A stretch of 60,320 nt of DNA, the filler included, from Thelocarpon superellum (lineage: Eukaryota): NCBI GenBank assembly GCA_026025795.1. It is 3 parts of 3 records of this genome, joined end to end, with 100 filler letters (N's around TTAATTAATTAA, not from the genome) between each part and the next. Parts side by side here need not be neighbours in the genome. Positions count along the whole stretch, not along the records: positions 20,211 to 40,224 come from JAPEUG010000334.1; positions 40,325 to 60,320 come from JAPEUG010000335.1; 1 more part is not named here. One strand, written 5' to 3'. The position numbers and the translations under genes were made by a program. Below, piece after piece: positions 35,231 to 50,055 of the stretch. Under the pieces are notes generated by a model. The model searched no databases. It had not been told where the DNA came from and saw only the letters and a list, made by a program, of their open reading frames with translations. Each line of letters starts with the position of its first letter. Position 1 is the stretch's first letter.

Positions 35231-38013
35231 CGAATGGTTCAGGGTGGGGTACGATCACCGTCTCATCCACACTCCTCCAAGTTCGAGCCTCGGCGGGTCG
35301 ATTGATCCAGTCAGGACGACGCTTCACCGAGGTGAGTTAAGAGGTGAACAGGGCTGAGGGGCGATGGCGAGGTCGGTCATGAGAAATTATTGGGAACGAG
35401 AACTGTGATGGCGACGGAAAGCCACGAAGGTGGGTATTATTTGCCTCAGGAAGAGCCACGATGCCGTGCGCGGTCTTCGAGGAGAGCAACGATGAAGGTG
35501 CGTCGAGCCGCCGTGACAACTGGATCGACACGCCAGGTCAACCGCGTCCTGGGGAAGCAGAAAACGGGCAGAGGGGAGAGTTGAGGGCGGCGCCGGAAAT
35601 GATCTCATGCAAAAGGGGAGGCCCGCAATGTCGCAACGTGGGGGAGGGAGATGAGGATGGCGAGCATTGACAGGTCGAGATGATCTGGATGGCCAATGAA
35701 TCTCCCAGGCGAAGCGGAGAGCCCGTGCGTTGCGCGTGGGCCGGTCTCAAACACCGTCTCCCTGCCTCCCTTTCTCTCCAATAACCAAGCGAAACAGGAG
35801 AACGGACACGTACGGATGAGGTTAAAATGGCCACGAACCGACCGCTGGGGAGGGCTGTGAACGACAGACCAGCTGGGGCCACGGAGAGCGTCTGGTCGGG
35901 ACTCGTCCGACCGCTGTTGTTTCGAAGGTGGTCGGTGGTCGATGAGACGGGTCAACGGTTGAACGGCGGAGCGAGATCGATTGGCAAGATTCCTGACGCT
36001 TGTCGCTTCGCTTCTGAGATTGCCGGCCTATGCCACTCTGAATCCCAGCACGGGCGCACACATCGGAGGAGTGTTCGAGAAGAGAAAGAAGACAGTCGAC
36101 GATGGCGCGGCACGAGGGTGGAGGCCGGTGGTTCGGCGACCTCGGGGTGTCGAGTGCAGTGGCCCGGCTGAGCCACACGCTGCCGCGGCGTGGTACTCGT
36201 CCTCGACTCTCGCACACCTGGGCACCGCGGCACGGCTGCCAACAAGACAAGCGGCTTGGGTGTCGACGCGGTAGTGACGAGGATCTACTGAGGCTCCTGC
36301 TCCTGCTACAAGTACGGGTGTTGGCCCGACTCGCCTCGTCTCAGGCTTACCCTGGAACAACGGGCCTCGTCTGGCGCTCGGCGCTCGGCACAGATGAGCG
36401 GCGTGCGTGTCGGTCGACGCTCACGATTCTTATGCCCCGGAGTCGACCATACCCCGGCCCAGCTCCTCTCTCGGGGGCGCCCTGCTTTGTCTACAATTTC
36501 CTTCAATTGGACTCTCCAGGCTCCGTGCTCCCCTAGTCCAGAGACCATGCCCCTGGTCCAGCAGGGTGCAGGCACGTCGATAGCGTCGCTCTTGGGCCAG
36601 GAACCAGCGGGGAGGTCCAATGGCCGCCCCGCCGACGTCTGCACCGACGGTCGCTAGTGGTGCCCTAGTCGCCCATCCGGCTGGACCGGTCCACTCCCCT
36701 CGCTCTGCGTGCACACACGGCACCGCGAATTTCCCACGCGGCAAGGACGGACGGGCGTGGTAGGGGTCGCTTGCAGTCGCTTGCAGCCGCTTGATTGGCC
36801 ATCCTGCCCAGGCAGATGACTCGTCAACTCTGCTGGCTCGCAGGTCCACCGCACGACTGTTCCTTATTTGGGAACGACCCTTGCCCAAATGAATCGCTGT
36901 TCTGACGTGCCTGATGGGTGCGACGAGCCCATTCGCTGACGCTCGTCGTCCAAGGGTCACACGTTTTCAATCTTGATGCCGCCATCGAGAATGGGTGGTA
37001 CGAATGGAAAGGATAGGACATGCGCATCACACATGGTCACCTCGGTGGGACTCACCCAACCTACCTGCAGTCTGAGTGGTACGGGTAGGAGTGTGACTGG
37101 TTCATGGAATCACGACTCCGAGTCATCCGTAAACCACCGTGCCGAATCGGAGTGAGAGGCGAAGGATCGTGTGAGATCCGACTTGCGGCTCATGTTCCCA
37201 CCGCAGGACGAGTGCAGTCACAGGGCCTAAGTATACATGGTCCGGAAAGGCCCGAAAGTGTCAAAATTGTTACGCTTAGCGGGTTTGTTCGACCATGCCG
37301 TCCATTCATGCCGTGTCCTCCCGCTCCGCCGCATTGTTTGTTCGCACCGTTCCGTACAAGTGGCCGTATGAGTGCTCATGCACCTTGGAGGCCGGGGGGA
37401 TCGGCCGATGACTTGGTAACTCCCAGCAAGCGGGCTGGCGTCAACCTGTTCGTACAACGACGCAGCCATAGCAGCCACGGCTTCTCGAACAACTGCGCCT
37501 TCGTTGCTACGTTTGATCCACCCATGCTGAAACGATCGACAACCGGCAACGCCCGTTAGAGCAACTGCACCGCACCCCCGCCAAGATGAATCGCTGTCAT
37601 CGTGCGGACGTGCGAGCGTGCGTGGGGTATGTGCATACTAGACCGTGGCCAATGCGGAAGTTTCAAGTCAAGTCGAGGAAAGATGGCAAACACCAGTCGT
37701 GTAGTTGCCGCCTGAGCCCACGCTGTTGATCGTAACCGGGATCTACCCACAGGGCCGTGACCTTGAGGATCTGCTCATCTTGGCTTTGTTCTATTTCTGC
37801 GTTCGCTCCGAGGCTTGAAGCCGATCTTCGAGCCTGAAGGTGTCCTCGAGACCGAGTTCACGGATCTGTGCAACCATTCTCCTAGAGGGTCACATCCATC
37901 CATACCGTCCTGAGCCATGGTATGCGAAGACGTCTCTGGCGTCCTCCGCTGACTGATGGTCGAAGGATCCGCCCTCGAACGGAGAACTGTCTGCGTTGAG
38001 CGAGGCCCGGCCC

Positions 38014-38973
38014 ATGGCGTCTGCTCGTGGTACGTGGTGCGAGCTTGTCATCATGCGGACGCTGATCAGAGACATGCACGGCGGTTCAGCTGGCCAAGTT
38101 GCGTACCCAAGTCTTCCACTCGTCTTTCCCACCCCTCCACGGACCTGGCTTAGACAAGGTGATCAAGCGACGACCTCCGGATCTCGTGCAGCGTATGGTC
38201 AAGGACAGACTTCGCCCGCGCGGGCGCGTGCCAATGTTGGCAGGAGGCGCCGATCGTTGCGCGCCTTGGCCAGACCAACGACGAGTCCCAGTCATCGCAC
38301 CAGCATGACGCAGATCTTTCACGATGCACAGGTCGCCCTGCAAGACTGTGCGGACCCCACGACTCCCACGAAGCGTCTGTCGTCAAACATGAAGCGATCG
38401 CGCACTGCTCTCACCCTGCCGGACCACCGGGTCGCGGACTGGACGTCTGGGCCAGCTGCGGTCCTTTCAGCGCCGTCTGCCTTGACCAGCGTGGCGAGTG
38501 GAACCGGGGGCTCACCACACCGAAGACCGCCTCGTGAGCGTAGTGGAGACTCCAAGCACAACGTCTCTCATTGGCTCTCAGACCTCGTCATCGAGGCCGA
38601 GGAGCCGATCTCCGGGCCGGGCGGCGTCCTTTGCCAAGCGAAGACACACACGGCAGTCTTGGCTCAGCCCGAGACGCGTCCATGGAACAGCGAGGGCCAG
38701 AATGCGAAGCAGCCGAATCCCACCACGATGTGCGAGAGCGATAAAGAAAACGATCTGCCTGCTCCACGTACTCCTACATCTGCCCGTCGTTGGGACGACA
38801 AGCGCGCCGTGTCGAAAGCGAGAGCCGGCATCTCACTTGGCTCCCCAGGACGTTTCGAGGATGACAGCCTCTCGGGGAGCAGGACTGGCGCCGCTGCAGA
38901 GTCGACCCGACGCCGCAAGGCCGCCTCGCGGTTTCAGAGGGCATCGGCTCATATCCAGCCGGTGGATGAATAG
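38014..38973 (+). CDS. Hypothetical low-complexity protein (S/P/R-rich, KEN motif)
   Basis: ~320-codon ORF in otherwise non-coding DNA; no recognisable domain; start and 3' end uncertain. Confidence 0.4.
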   Translation: MASARGTWCELVIMRTLIRDMHGGSAGQVAYPSLPLVFPTPPRTWLRQGDQATTSGSRAAYGQGQTSPARARANVGRRRRSLRALARPTTSPSHRTSMTQIFHDAQVALQDCADPTTPTKRLSSNMKRSRTALTLPDHRVADWTSGPAAVLSAPSALTSVASGTGGSPHRRPPRERSGDSKHNVSHWLSDLVIEAEEPISGPGGVLCQAKTHTAVLAQPETRPWNSEGQNAKQPNPTTMCESDKENDLPAPRTPTSARRWDDKRAVSKARAGISLGSPGRFEDDSLSGSRTGAAAESTRRRKAASRFQRASAHIQPVDE

Positions 38974-39361
38974 ACCAAGCGTTGTTAACATACTATACCG
39001 GCGAGATCGTTGGGTGGTTTGAGGAACGCCGAGAGCTATGTGAATGGCCGAGCTGAAGCTTTTCCTTACCAAGCTTCCCTTCCCAAGCTTCCTGCTTCTC
39101 GGTCGGCCGCGGGAGAATTGTGTCAGCGAGTACAAGTAGAGGCTGGCCATTATTTGTGATATTGTGTTTTTCTTCACGCCAGCATGGTCGCAAGCGATGA
39201 CTGCTTTGTTGGCTTGGCCCGACGCCTCTGCTGTGTGGAGTCGAACTTGCCACATATGACTTATGTCTCTTATGTCTCTTATGACTCATGTCTCTGAAGA
39301 CTCTTCGGGCAGAAAGACGGGCATCCCACTCAACCTCTTCTGACATGATCTGCGATCACGA

Positions 39362-40224
39362 CTAGTCTATAGCAGAGAACAATGTGCTGAAAATCCCGGC
39401 CTTGAACCACTGCGCATTCCGCTTATACGCATTTCGAATGACCTCGCTCCCAAACAGAATGCAGCGCTCGATTTGCTCATTGGTGCCCCACCCAGAAACA
39501 CGCCACGGCCAGACGACCAGATGCGTACCACAATGGAGCATAATGTTGAAGCGGTCCTGTGCAACAATATCCCCATAAGCTGCAAGAAACGAGCCCAGGA
39601 TAGGAGAAATTGCTTGCGAGCCTCGGAAGTGGTGAAGAAGATACAACTCCGCGAACATCTGGCCAAGGTCAAAGACCGATGACGAGACGTGGCAAAGCTC
39701 CCAATCGAGCACGAACACTGATCGCATCTCATGTGTCTGATCAGCCTCGTTGGCTCTGGAAGCTCCATCGACCGGGTAGGCCTGACCCGTCCAGGACGAT
39801 GGCGATAGAAGGATACTGCAAGCGCTCGTGAGACATGTGCAAAGGGGGGGTTAGGCAGCACATACTTTCCAGGCCAAAAGTCACCATGAATGATGCCATT
39901 TTTGTCTTGCTCTGCTACTTCCTTCATCCAAATCCGTACTTTCTGGAAGAGGATCCTTTGATCTGCAAGAAGCGTAGGGAACTTGTCAACCGTCGAGTCC
40001 AGACGTCCGTAGTAGATGGTGGACTTGAGCGTGTGTGCTTCTCTATTCTCCCTCAACGCTTTCCGTAATCCGGCTTGATTGGGATGTAAGCCCCAACTAT
40101 GGAATCGCATCGTCCATTTGCCCAAAGCTGTCCCGAGTTGAATCGCAGAGAGCTCTGATACTGACGTATCGTAGAGGAAGGTTTTCAGATTAACGGTTTG
40201 TGGGATATGTTCGATGACCTGGAT
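39362..40224 (-). CDS. APH/choline-kinase-like phosphotransferase, 5'-partial (cut by contig end)
   Basis: Intron 39816-39865 reconstitutes IIHGDFWPGNILL; followed by VFVLDWE..FDLGQMFAELY. Confidence 0.85.
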
Positions 40225-40324
40225 NNNNNNNNNNNNNNNNNNNNNNNNNNNNNNNNNNNNNNNNNNNNTTAATTAATTAANNNNNNNNNNNNNNNNNNNN
40301 NNNNNNNNNNNNNNNNNNNNNNNN
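40225..40324. other. Artificial contig linker (44 N + TTAATTAATTAA + 44 N)
   Basis: Identical to the linker at 20111; genes on both sides are truncated. Confidence 0.97.
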
Positions 40325-41654
40325 CGCGGACATCCCCAGTCGCAGCCGATGTAGGAGCGCGGACGCATGTGATGACCAACGGCGGGCGCCCTGAAGACCT
40401 CCCTGCCACGTCGCCGGCGTTGCGCGAACACGCCATGCCCATCACCGAGGCATCATGTCCCACCCTTCCCGCCATCCATACCCGCGGATCACCGTCGCGC
40501 GACAGCTCTACCGCCTCGCCGCGCGGCGAGAAGCCGAGTCTGCCATCCCTACACAGCCACCTGAAGCTGATCGAGGCATCTGGCCAGCCATACGAGGCCT
40601 TGACAAACGGCTCCGCTAACGTACGACCCCTAACTGCTGCAGTGGGCGGCCCCCTCGTGCGGCCCTCCCAGAATGGGTCTGGCCTGCATAGCGAACTGGA
40701 TCGGTCACGTCTCCCCGCTCAATTCCGGGACCAGGCTCCCAGCGCGGCCTTCATGGCCACCCCGCGTCCAAATGGCCAATATGCGGCTGGCCCTGGCAAG
40801 GTAGCAGAGCCCCTACGTCGCGACGCTCCGACCGGTGAGCATTTTCGCCCGAATCGCGAACTTCCCACCCTATCGCCCTCCCCTGGGCCCAATAAGCACG
40901 GGTCGGATCCATATTATTACTACCAACGCCCCGGCAAAGCCTCCGTGACTGTATCCTCCCGGCCCGCTGCTCTCGCCGCGGATAGCCCACACTCGGTCTC
41001 CACCTCCACTAACAGAGATCCGAGTCCGGAGACGCGCGGGGTGCTAACGAGCATGTCGGCTCCCGAAGCGCTCATGGACGTCGACCCCTCCCCAGTCTAT
41101 TTACCCGCGCGCTACTCCTCCGCCCCCCTCAGTACAGGCGCGTTCAAGTGTGACTTTCCCGATTGCCCGGCTCCGCCTTTTCACACGCAGTATCTGCTAA
41201 AGTATGTGGCACTCAAGCCTGACTCCTGGCGCCGGGCATGTCTGCGTATTGCATGTAGCTGACCAACGCATAGCTCACATGCCAACGTGCACTCGGAGGT
41301 CCGGTCTCACTATTGTACGGTCAAGGGATGCCCACGTGGTGAAGGCGGCAGGGGGTTCAAACGGAAAAACGAGATGATTCGCCACGGTCTGGTACATAGC
41401 TCGCCGGGCTACGTCTGCCCCTTCTGTCCAGACCGTGAGCATAAATATCCGCGGCCGGACAATTTACAGCGGTCAGTGCATCTCACCGGCGTGTGGTGGT
41501 AGCGATCCGGCAAGGCTGATTTGAGGGCAGCCACGTCCGGGTGCATCATGAAGACAAAGACCCTGACCATCCCGAATTACGTGAGGTCTTGTCGCAGCGG
41601 TCGGGTGGCAAACGCGGTCCGCGACGTCAGCACAGCCACCGCGTGACCACTTGA
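40325..41654 (+). CDS. C2H2 zinc-finger protein (3 C-terminal fingers), probably 5'-partial
   Basis: FKCDFPDC..HANVH, YCTVKGC..FKRKNEMIRHGLVH, YVCPFCPDREHKYPRPDNLQR|HVRVHH; introns 41202-41273 and 41472-41530; frame open to the contig edge. Confidence 0.88.
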
Positions 41655-42711
41655 ATCATCTCGCTCTGCTTTCTTTCCTATCCGCGGTTTGGGTTTATGG
41701 TCTTGGGCTCCGGGATGTCTTGGCTTTCATGCGCCGGATCTTGCACTAGCGTGGGGTCTTTTGATTTGCGCTCCGCTCGACAAGTGCATCACTTTGGCGT
41801 GGCGGGAACGAGGACGGTGCCCGGTGAGGCAGGATGGCTCGCCCTGCAGGGTGGTGCATGATAGTTGCCATGAGCCATTGGAGTTGCCATGAGCTATCCG
41901 TCTTGTTCCTCACTTCCTTCCAGGCTCCGCCTCTGTACATAATCGTGTTCGGCGGTATCGTGCGAGCGCGCTTGAGTCACCGTACATTGTAACATATACG
42001 AAAGCAATCTCTTCGTCTTACGAACCGTAGTTCCATCTATCTCCTAGATTTTGCCAAGACGGCAACCGTTAGTTGACTGCTCGTCTTTTGCCCGCGGGCA
42101 GAAGCCGTTCTGGGGGCACATCGGGTCATGTCACCGCTGCTGATTCCTAGAATCTCAACGAAGTCGAGACGACTCCTCAAAGGAAGGCGCCCAGCACTGG
42201 GTGTTGTCTCATCTTCGCCCAGCATGAAAACATTCCTCGCCTTGGGAGGATGGCGAGGCTGCCGTCAGTAATGTGATGTGTACGCTGGCGTGAAGGAGGG
42301 AACAGACGAGGTTGGATCGAAAATCGGAAGAAATAGGTGGCTGACGGACGGATCTTACCTAAGCGCAGGTGAGTGCCGCACCTGGAGGACGTGGGAGCAC
42401 ACAGCCAGCGTTAATATGTTTTGGGACTAGGGGCGAGTTGAGGCGGTCAGGAAGGTCGAGTCGTACTCGGGTGGTATGCGAGGCGAGGAGTTGGAGATGT
42501 GGTAAGTTGACAGGCCGCAAGATACACCTGCATCTCCATCTCTGGAGCTCCAACGTCCAACCGCCACGTTCCGAGGACACGCCTACGTCGGCGAGTCGCT
42601 ACCACTCCTGCTCCTGCTTCTGGACGACTGGTCTCCAGTGGCTTGAACCGTGCTTGATTCCTCTCAACGGTTGGTTCAACGGTCTCCTATCGACCGCCGG
42701 AGTCCATAACC

Positions 42712-45364
<2,653 letters not shown>

Positions 45365-45724
45365 AGTCGGCCCGCCCTGGGTGCGACGAAGACAGCGGAC
45401 TTGCGTAGGCAATGTAGAGCACCTGAGCCCGTGATGTAGACCACACCTCCCAATCCCATCTGACACCACATCCTCCTCTCGCTCGATGCGTGATGTATCT
45501 ATGGTCGTCGCCGTGACGTGGTTGGAACTCATCAAGTTCGGCAGCACGCAATAATCGTTGCGACTGTGGTGGGGCTCAGCCCTGGCGAATCCGCAGAAAT
45601 TTCCCGAACTTTTCGCTTACGAGTGCGACTACGACTCCGACGACGGTTAAGCTGCCGTAGACATCGTTTGTCGACGTTGCAGCACATCCCTCGAGGACGT
45701 CCACCACATCGTCCGCCCGTCATC

Positions 45725-46516
<792 letters not shown>

Positions 46517-47562
46517 AGGGCTGTTCTCTTTTCATGTACGACAGATGAGACGCTTGAATTCATGACGCCATGTCAACATGACTACATGAGGTCCTCCTCC
46601 TCTTGGCCCTCGGCCGTACCGTGATCTCGTGCTGTAGTAGGATGCAAGCTCTCCGTGGGCGTACTTTGCCAACACTCTGGCCCCTACCGCCTTTCCTCTA
46701 CGGATCGGTCCAATCTGTGGTTCGGGCCTATTTTGGTGCAAAGGAGATTGTGATTGACCGACTACTCACCGCGGCATTCCCTGCTCTCACTGGGGCGTGA
46801 ATGCAGCGGTCCATCGAATCAGGCCCACATTTGCGCATATATACGAATGGTCATGGCCTCTCGCATTGGCCTGTGCTTGAAGACATACTTCGTTCATACT
46901 AAATCTGGTCCGCAGATATGAACATCCGCATTCGACTGAGTTCAGCATAGTGATCTTTGTAGGCTGGCATGGTTGAAGGAGCGCAACAGGTCACGATACA
47001 GATGCACTGAACCTGCATGTGATGGCCTTTCCAATATGATACGAGGCATCAAGATACCAAGCACGACATTCTACAGTTCATGAAAGCTGGTTACGGGTAA
47101 CAGAGAATTGGTGGATTGACACCACTTACCGATGGTCCTGCCCAAAAGTGAAGGGACTGTTTGTCCGGTCTTGCTTGTTCGACGCCTCGTCTGAGCGCTA
47201 TCACGGTGTCGAGAGGCTGATGCTAATATTTGGCACTTCAACGAGGCTGATCGATTTTCACATTAGCCATGTCGTGCATGAATGAGTGGCGTTGCAGCCT
47301 GCCGACCCCTCTCCACACGGACGGTCCCTGGTCATACGCTGAGCTAGACGGCCGTTGTCGGGTGTGGCTGTACACCTTTCTGCCTAAGCTCGAGTTTCCA
47401 TCCTGTTTCTTCTCTCCATCTACGCATTTCTTCACCATTGCTCGGAGACGTCTCCTCTTCTCCTCGCTATCTCTTGAAAAGATATTCGACGTGCTGCACA
47501 AGACACCCAGTGAGCACGAACGGCTTTCCCTCTGCGAAGAAACCTATCTAGCCACGTCGACT

Positions 47563-48544
47563 ATGGAGCTTGTCGAGGCCCCGACAGCAGTACATGCGTC
47601 AGCCGAGAGTCCGCCCCTCAGTGCCAACACCGCGAAAGGAAGAAAGGCGCGACCTTATTCGGAGCTCCAGGAGTCGCACGGCAGAGAGCAGGAACGTGTG
47701 TTAGCTTTGTATCCCATAGTACGGCAGAGCTCAAGGAGACTTCAACGATTTTGACCCTTTCAAGTTTCTTAGGTTCGAATTCGCCGAGCTCTGCATCCGC
47801 GATTGCCACACACATCACACGGACCTCAGACTCGTGTACCGCATCGCGTTAAAGCTTCGTGATCCCATCACCGAGGCGGCTTCCCAAAGATTTCTCGACG
47901 CAAAACTGCGCGAGGGACTACATCCTAAGATGTTAGCCTTGTAGGAAGACTTCCGCAAGACACGCCGAAGGCCGGGCAAGCCCAAAGAGGATCTGATATC
48001 GGAGAGCTCTTTACGGTGGTAAGTCCAGTCGCATCTCGACTCCTGTCATTCTGTCCTCCCCTCGAATCGCTAACACGCGACGCAGGATCGTCGGACCAAA
48101 CGCCAAATCCCCAGACGAGCCCAACCCGTTACACGTCGCGCACGCCTACACGCAACCAAGGCGCACACTGGCGACACTGAGCTTCCTGGTTCCCGTCCTC
48201 TCAGTCCTCGCCACCATTCCCGCCGTTTTAGCTTTCATCCTGTCCACAGACACGAACTCCGTCGGCCGCACCGCAGATGCAGACTGGTACCAGCTTATCT
48301 CGAGCTCGGCGACGCAGCTGGTCGGCCTATTGACGCTCGTCCTGCCTACGCGCTCGCACGGCCGCCTCGTCAAACTCGCTTGGTTCTATACCTCGCTCCT
48401 CGCTGCCGTTAGCGGCCTGTGTGCTCTCCTTGCTGTCCCGCTATCTCGTCGCGGATGTATTTCGTACAATGAAGCGCTGCCCTTTCTTTCGCCGCTGGTG
48501 TGACTCAGGGATTGGTTGTTCTACAGCTTGTCCACGCGCTCTAG
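47563..48544 (+). pseudogene. Disrupted multi-TM membrane-protein gene
   Basis: Intact intron 48019-48085 (gtaagt..gctaac..cag) and a hydrophobic exon (..DADWYQLISSSATQLVGLLTLVLP..AWFYTSLLAAVSGLCALLAVPL). In-frame TAG at 47942, TGA at 48470, and frame changes near 47720 and 48445. Confidence 0.6.
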
Positions 48545-49410
48545 CACTGTTGTAGTATGAACGCGACCTCAGTCAATTGTAAGAAAGCGGTACAAGTAGG
48601 CACCCCCGCCGGGCGCTCACGCTCCGAATTTAGCACCGTGCTGGTCCGCGCGTTCCCCTGGCAGGACAGCGTTTGCTGCTGTCCGTCGGGGTTGCTGATG
48701 GTACAGGTGGTCTAGGCCGGAGGGTGATTGGACGCAGAAAGGGGCCAGCAACGATGGGCTTCATGGCCTGAATGCACGAGTTCAAACGATATTCTCTGTG
48801 CCTGTTTTGATGCGGTCGCCTGCAATCCCATCGGTTGCGTCAACTTATGCTCGGGGTTCGAAGGTCGAGCCCGTGGGCCAGGCCAATGTCTTGTGCATCT
48901 CCACAATTGAAACAAGTGGTTTCTTATGCTTGCTCTGCACATGTGAAGCGTGATCTACGAAGCATCGCCCAAACGCGTTTCTGGACCAAGGCATGATATG
49001 AAAGCGTGGTGTCTGCGGCGGAGCGCCAAGCAATAAGTGAAGTAGTTTCATCTGCATCGTCGAATTTGTCATGCCCCAGGCTGTTTTCCATGATTTGCGC
49101 AGTATCTGGATCCTTGCATTCGATGTGGATCCTTGCACTCTATGCTTATACATCTAAAATCTACAGGCAGCTCATCTCTACTTGGCTTGGATGAATGCAT
49201 GTGCAGCCCTTCCCAATGGCACAGCCGGAGGCTAACAAAGTAAGACGCCAAGGACTTCTGCGCGATATTCCATCTCCTGCCCTTTGAAGGTGATGGTTTA
49301 CCGTCAAGGATCTACAAAAGCTGGTGCTTCTTCATCTATCAGGCACGATATGCTGCCCTTAAACGTCTGAATTGACATTTCTGCTGCTCAAGGCCGTTAA
49401 GTGTGGCACA

Positions 49411-50055
49411 ATGTTTGCTCCCACGCTCCTCCTCCTCCTCCATTTGCTCCTCTCACACGCCTTGGCCACACCAAACCCTGTCCGCTCCCACCACCTCGAG
49501 CGACGTTCACCAGGCGACAAGGGTGCCTGGCTAAACAGTCCTGGCTCAGCGTACACCAAACCATTGGGGTGGGATAACCTACGGGACCCAGCTGCTCTGG
49601 GGTATCTGCAGCGGGGATCCTGCCCCCAACTCAACTCATCTTCAGCTTCTCCTCCGGTCCTTCCACCAGGCAACTCATTCAAGATGAATGGCTACGGATG
49701 GTTCAACGATTTTGGACACGGAAACTACCTGGTCATCGTGTATGGCGAGAATTGGCCTCTCAACGAGACAGCGCCCCTCCAGAGCTTGAAAGACCACCTG
49801 TTTTCGAACCGCGACTATCACCTTTCTAGTTGGAAAGCCGATTCATGGGACCCTGCTACCAATCAAACAAGTCTGCAATCTGGTGCGAGCTTCGTCCTCC
49901 GATTCGCATTCTCGTCAGGATGGTTCTCTCTCGATAATGTCGCAGACAACGCCAACAATGTGACGGGGAAGATTGTGAATTGGAATGAGGCTTCGCTTTG
50001 TCTTCCTGATGCTTTTGTACCTGTCAAAGTAGCAAGATCATGGAATGGTCTATGA
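49411..50055 (+). CDS. Small secreted protein (214 aa), unknown function
   Basis: Signal peptide MFAPTLLLLLHLLLSHALA, short pro-region ending LERR, 2 Cys, several N-x-S/T sequons, intronless. Confidence 0.65.
   Translation: MFAPTLLLLLHLLLSHALATPNPVRSHHLERRSPGDKGAWLNSPGSAYTKPLGWDNLRDPAALGYLQRGSCPQLNSSSASPPVLPPGNSFKMNGYGWFNDFGHGNYLVIVYGENWPLNETAPLQSLKDHLFSNRDYHLSSWKADSWDPATNQTSLQSGASFVLRFAFSSGWFSLDNVADNANNVTGKIVNWNEASLCLPDAFVPVKVARSWNGL

Noticed and set aside
35300..37950. Many short ORFs in a long intergenic region
   Set aside because: No motifs, no consistent splice structure, no terminal repeats; treated as a divergent promoter/intergenic region.
39255..39293. ATGACTCAT (Gcn4/CpcA-like site) within a short CTTATGTCT repeat
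   Set aside because: Lies between two convergent 3' ends and appears to derive from the repeat.
47771..47785. GGTTCGAAT resembling a tRNA T-loop/B-box
   Set aside because: No acceptor stem or cloverleaf; lies within the pseudogene reading frame.
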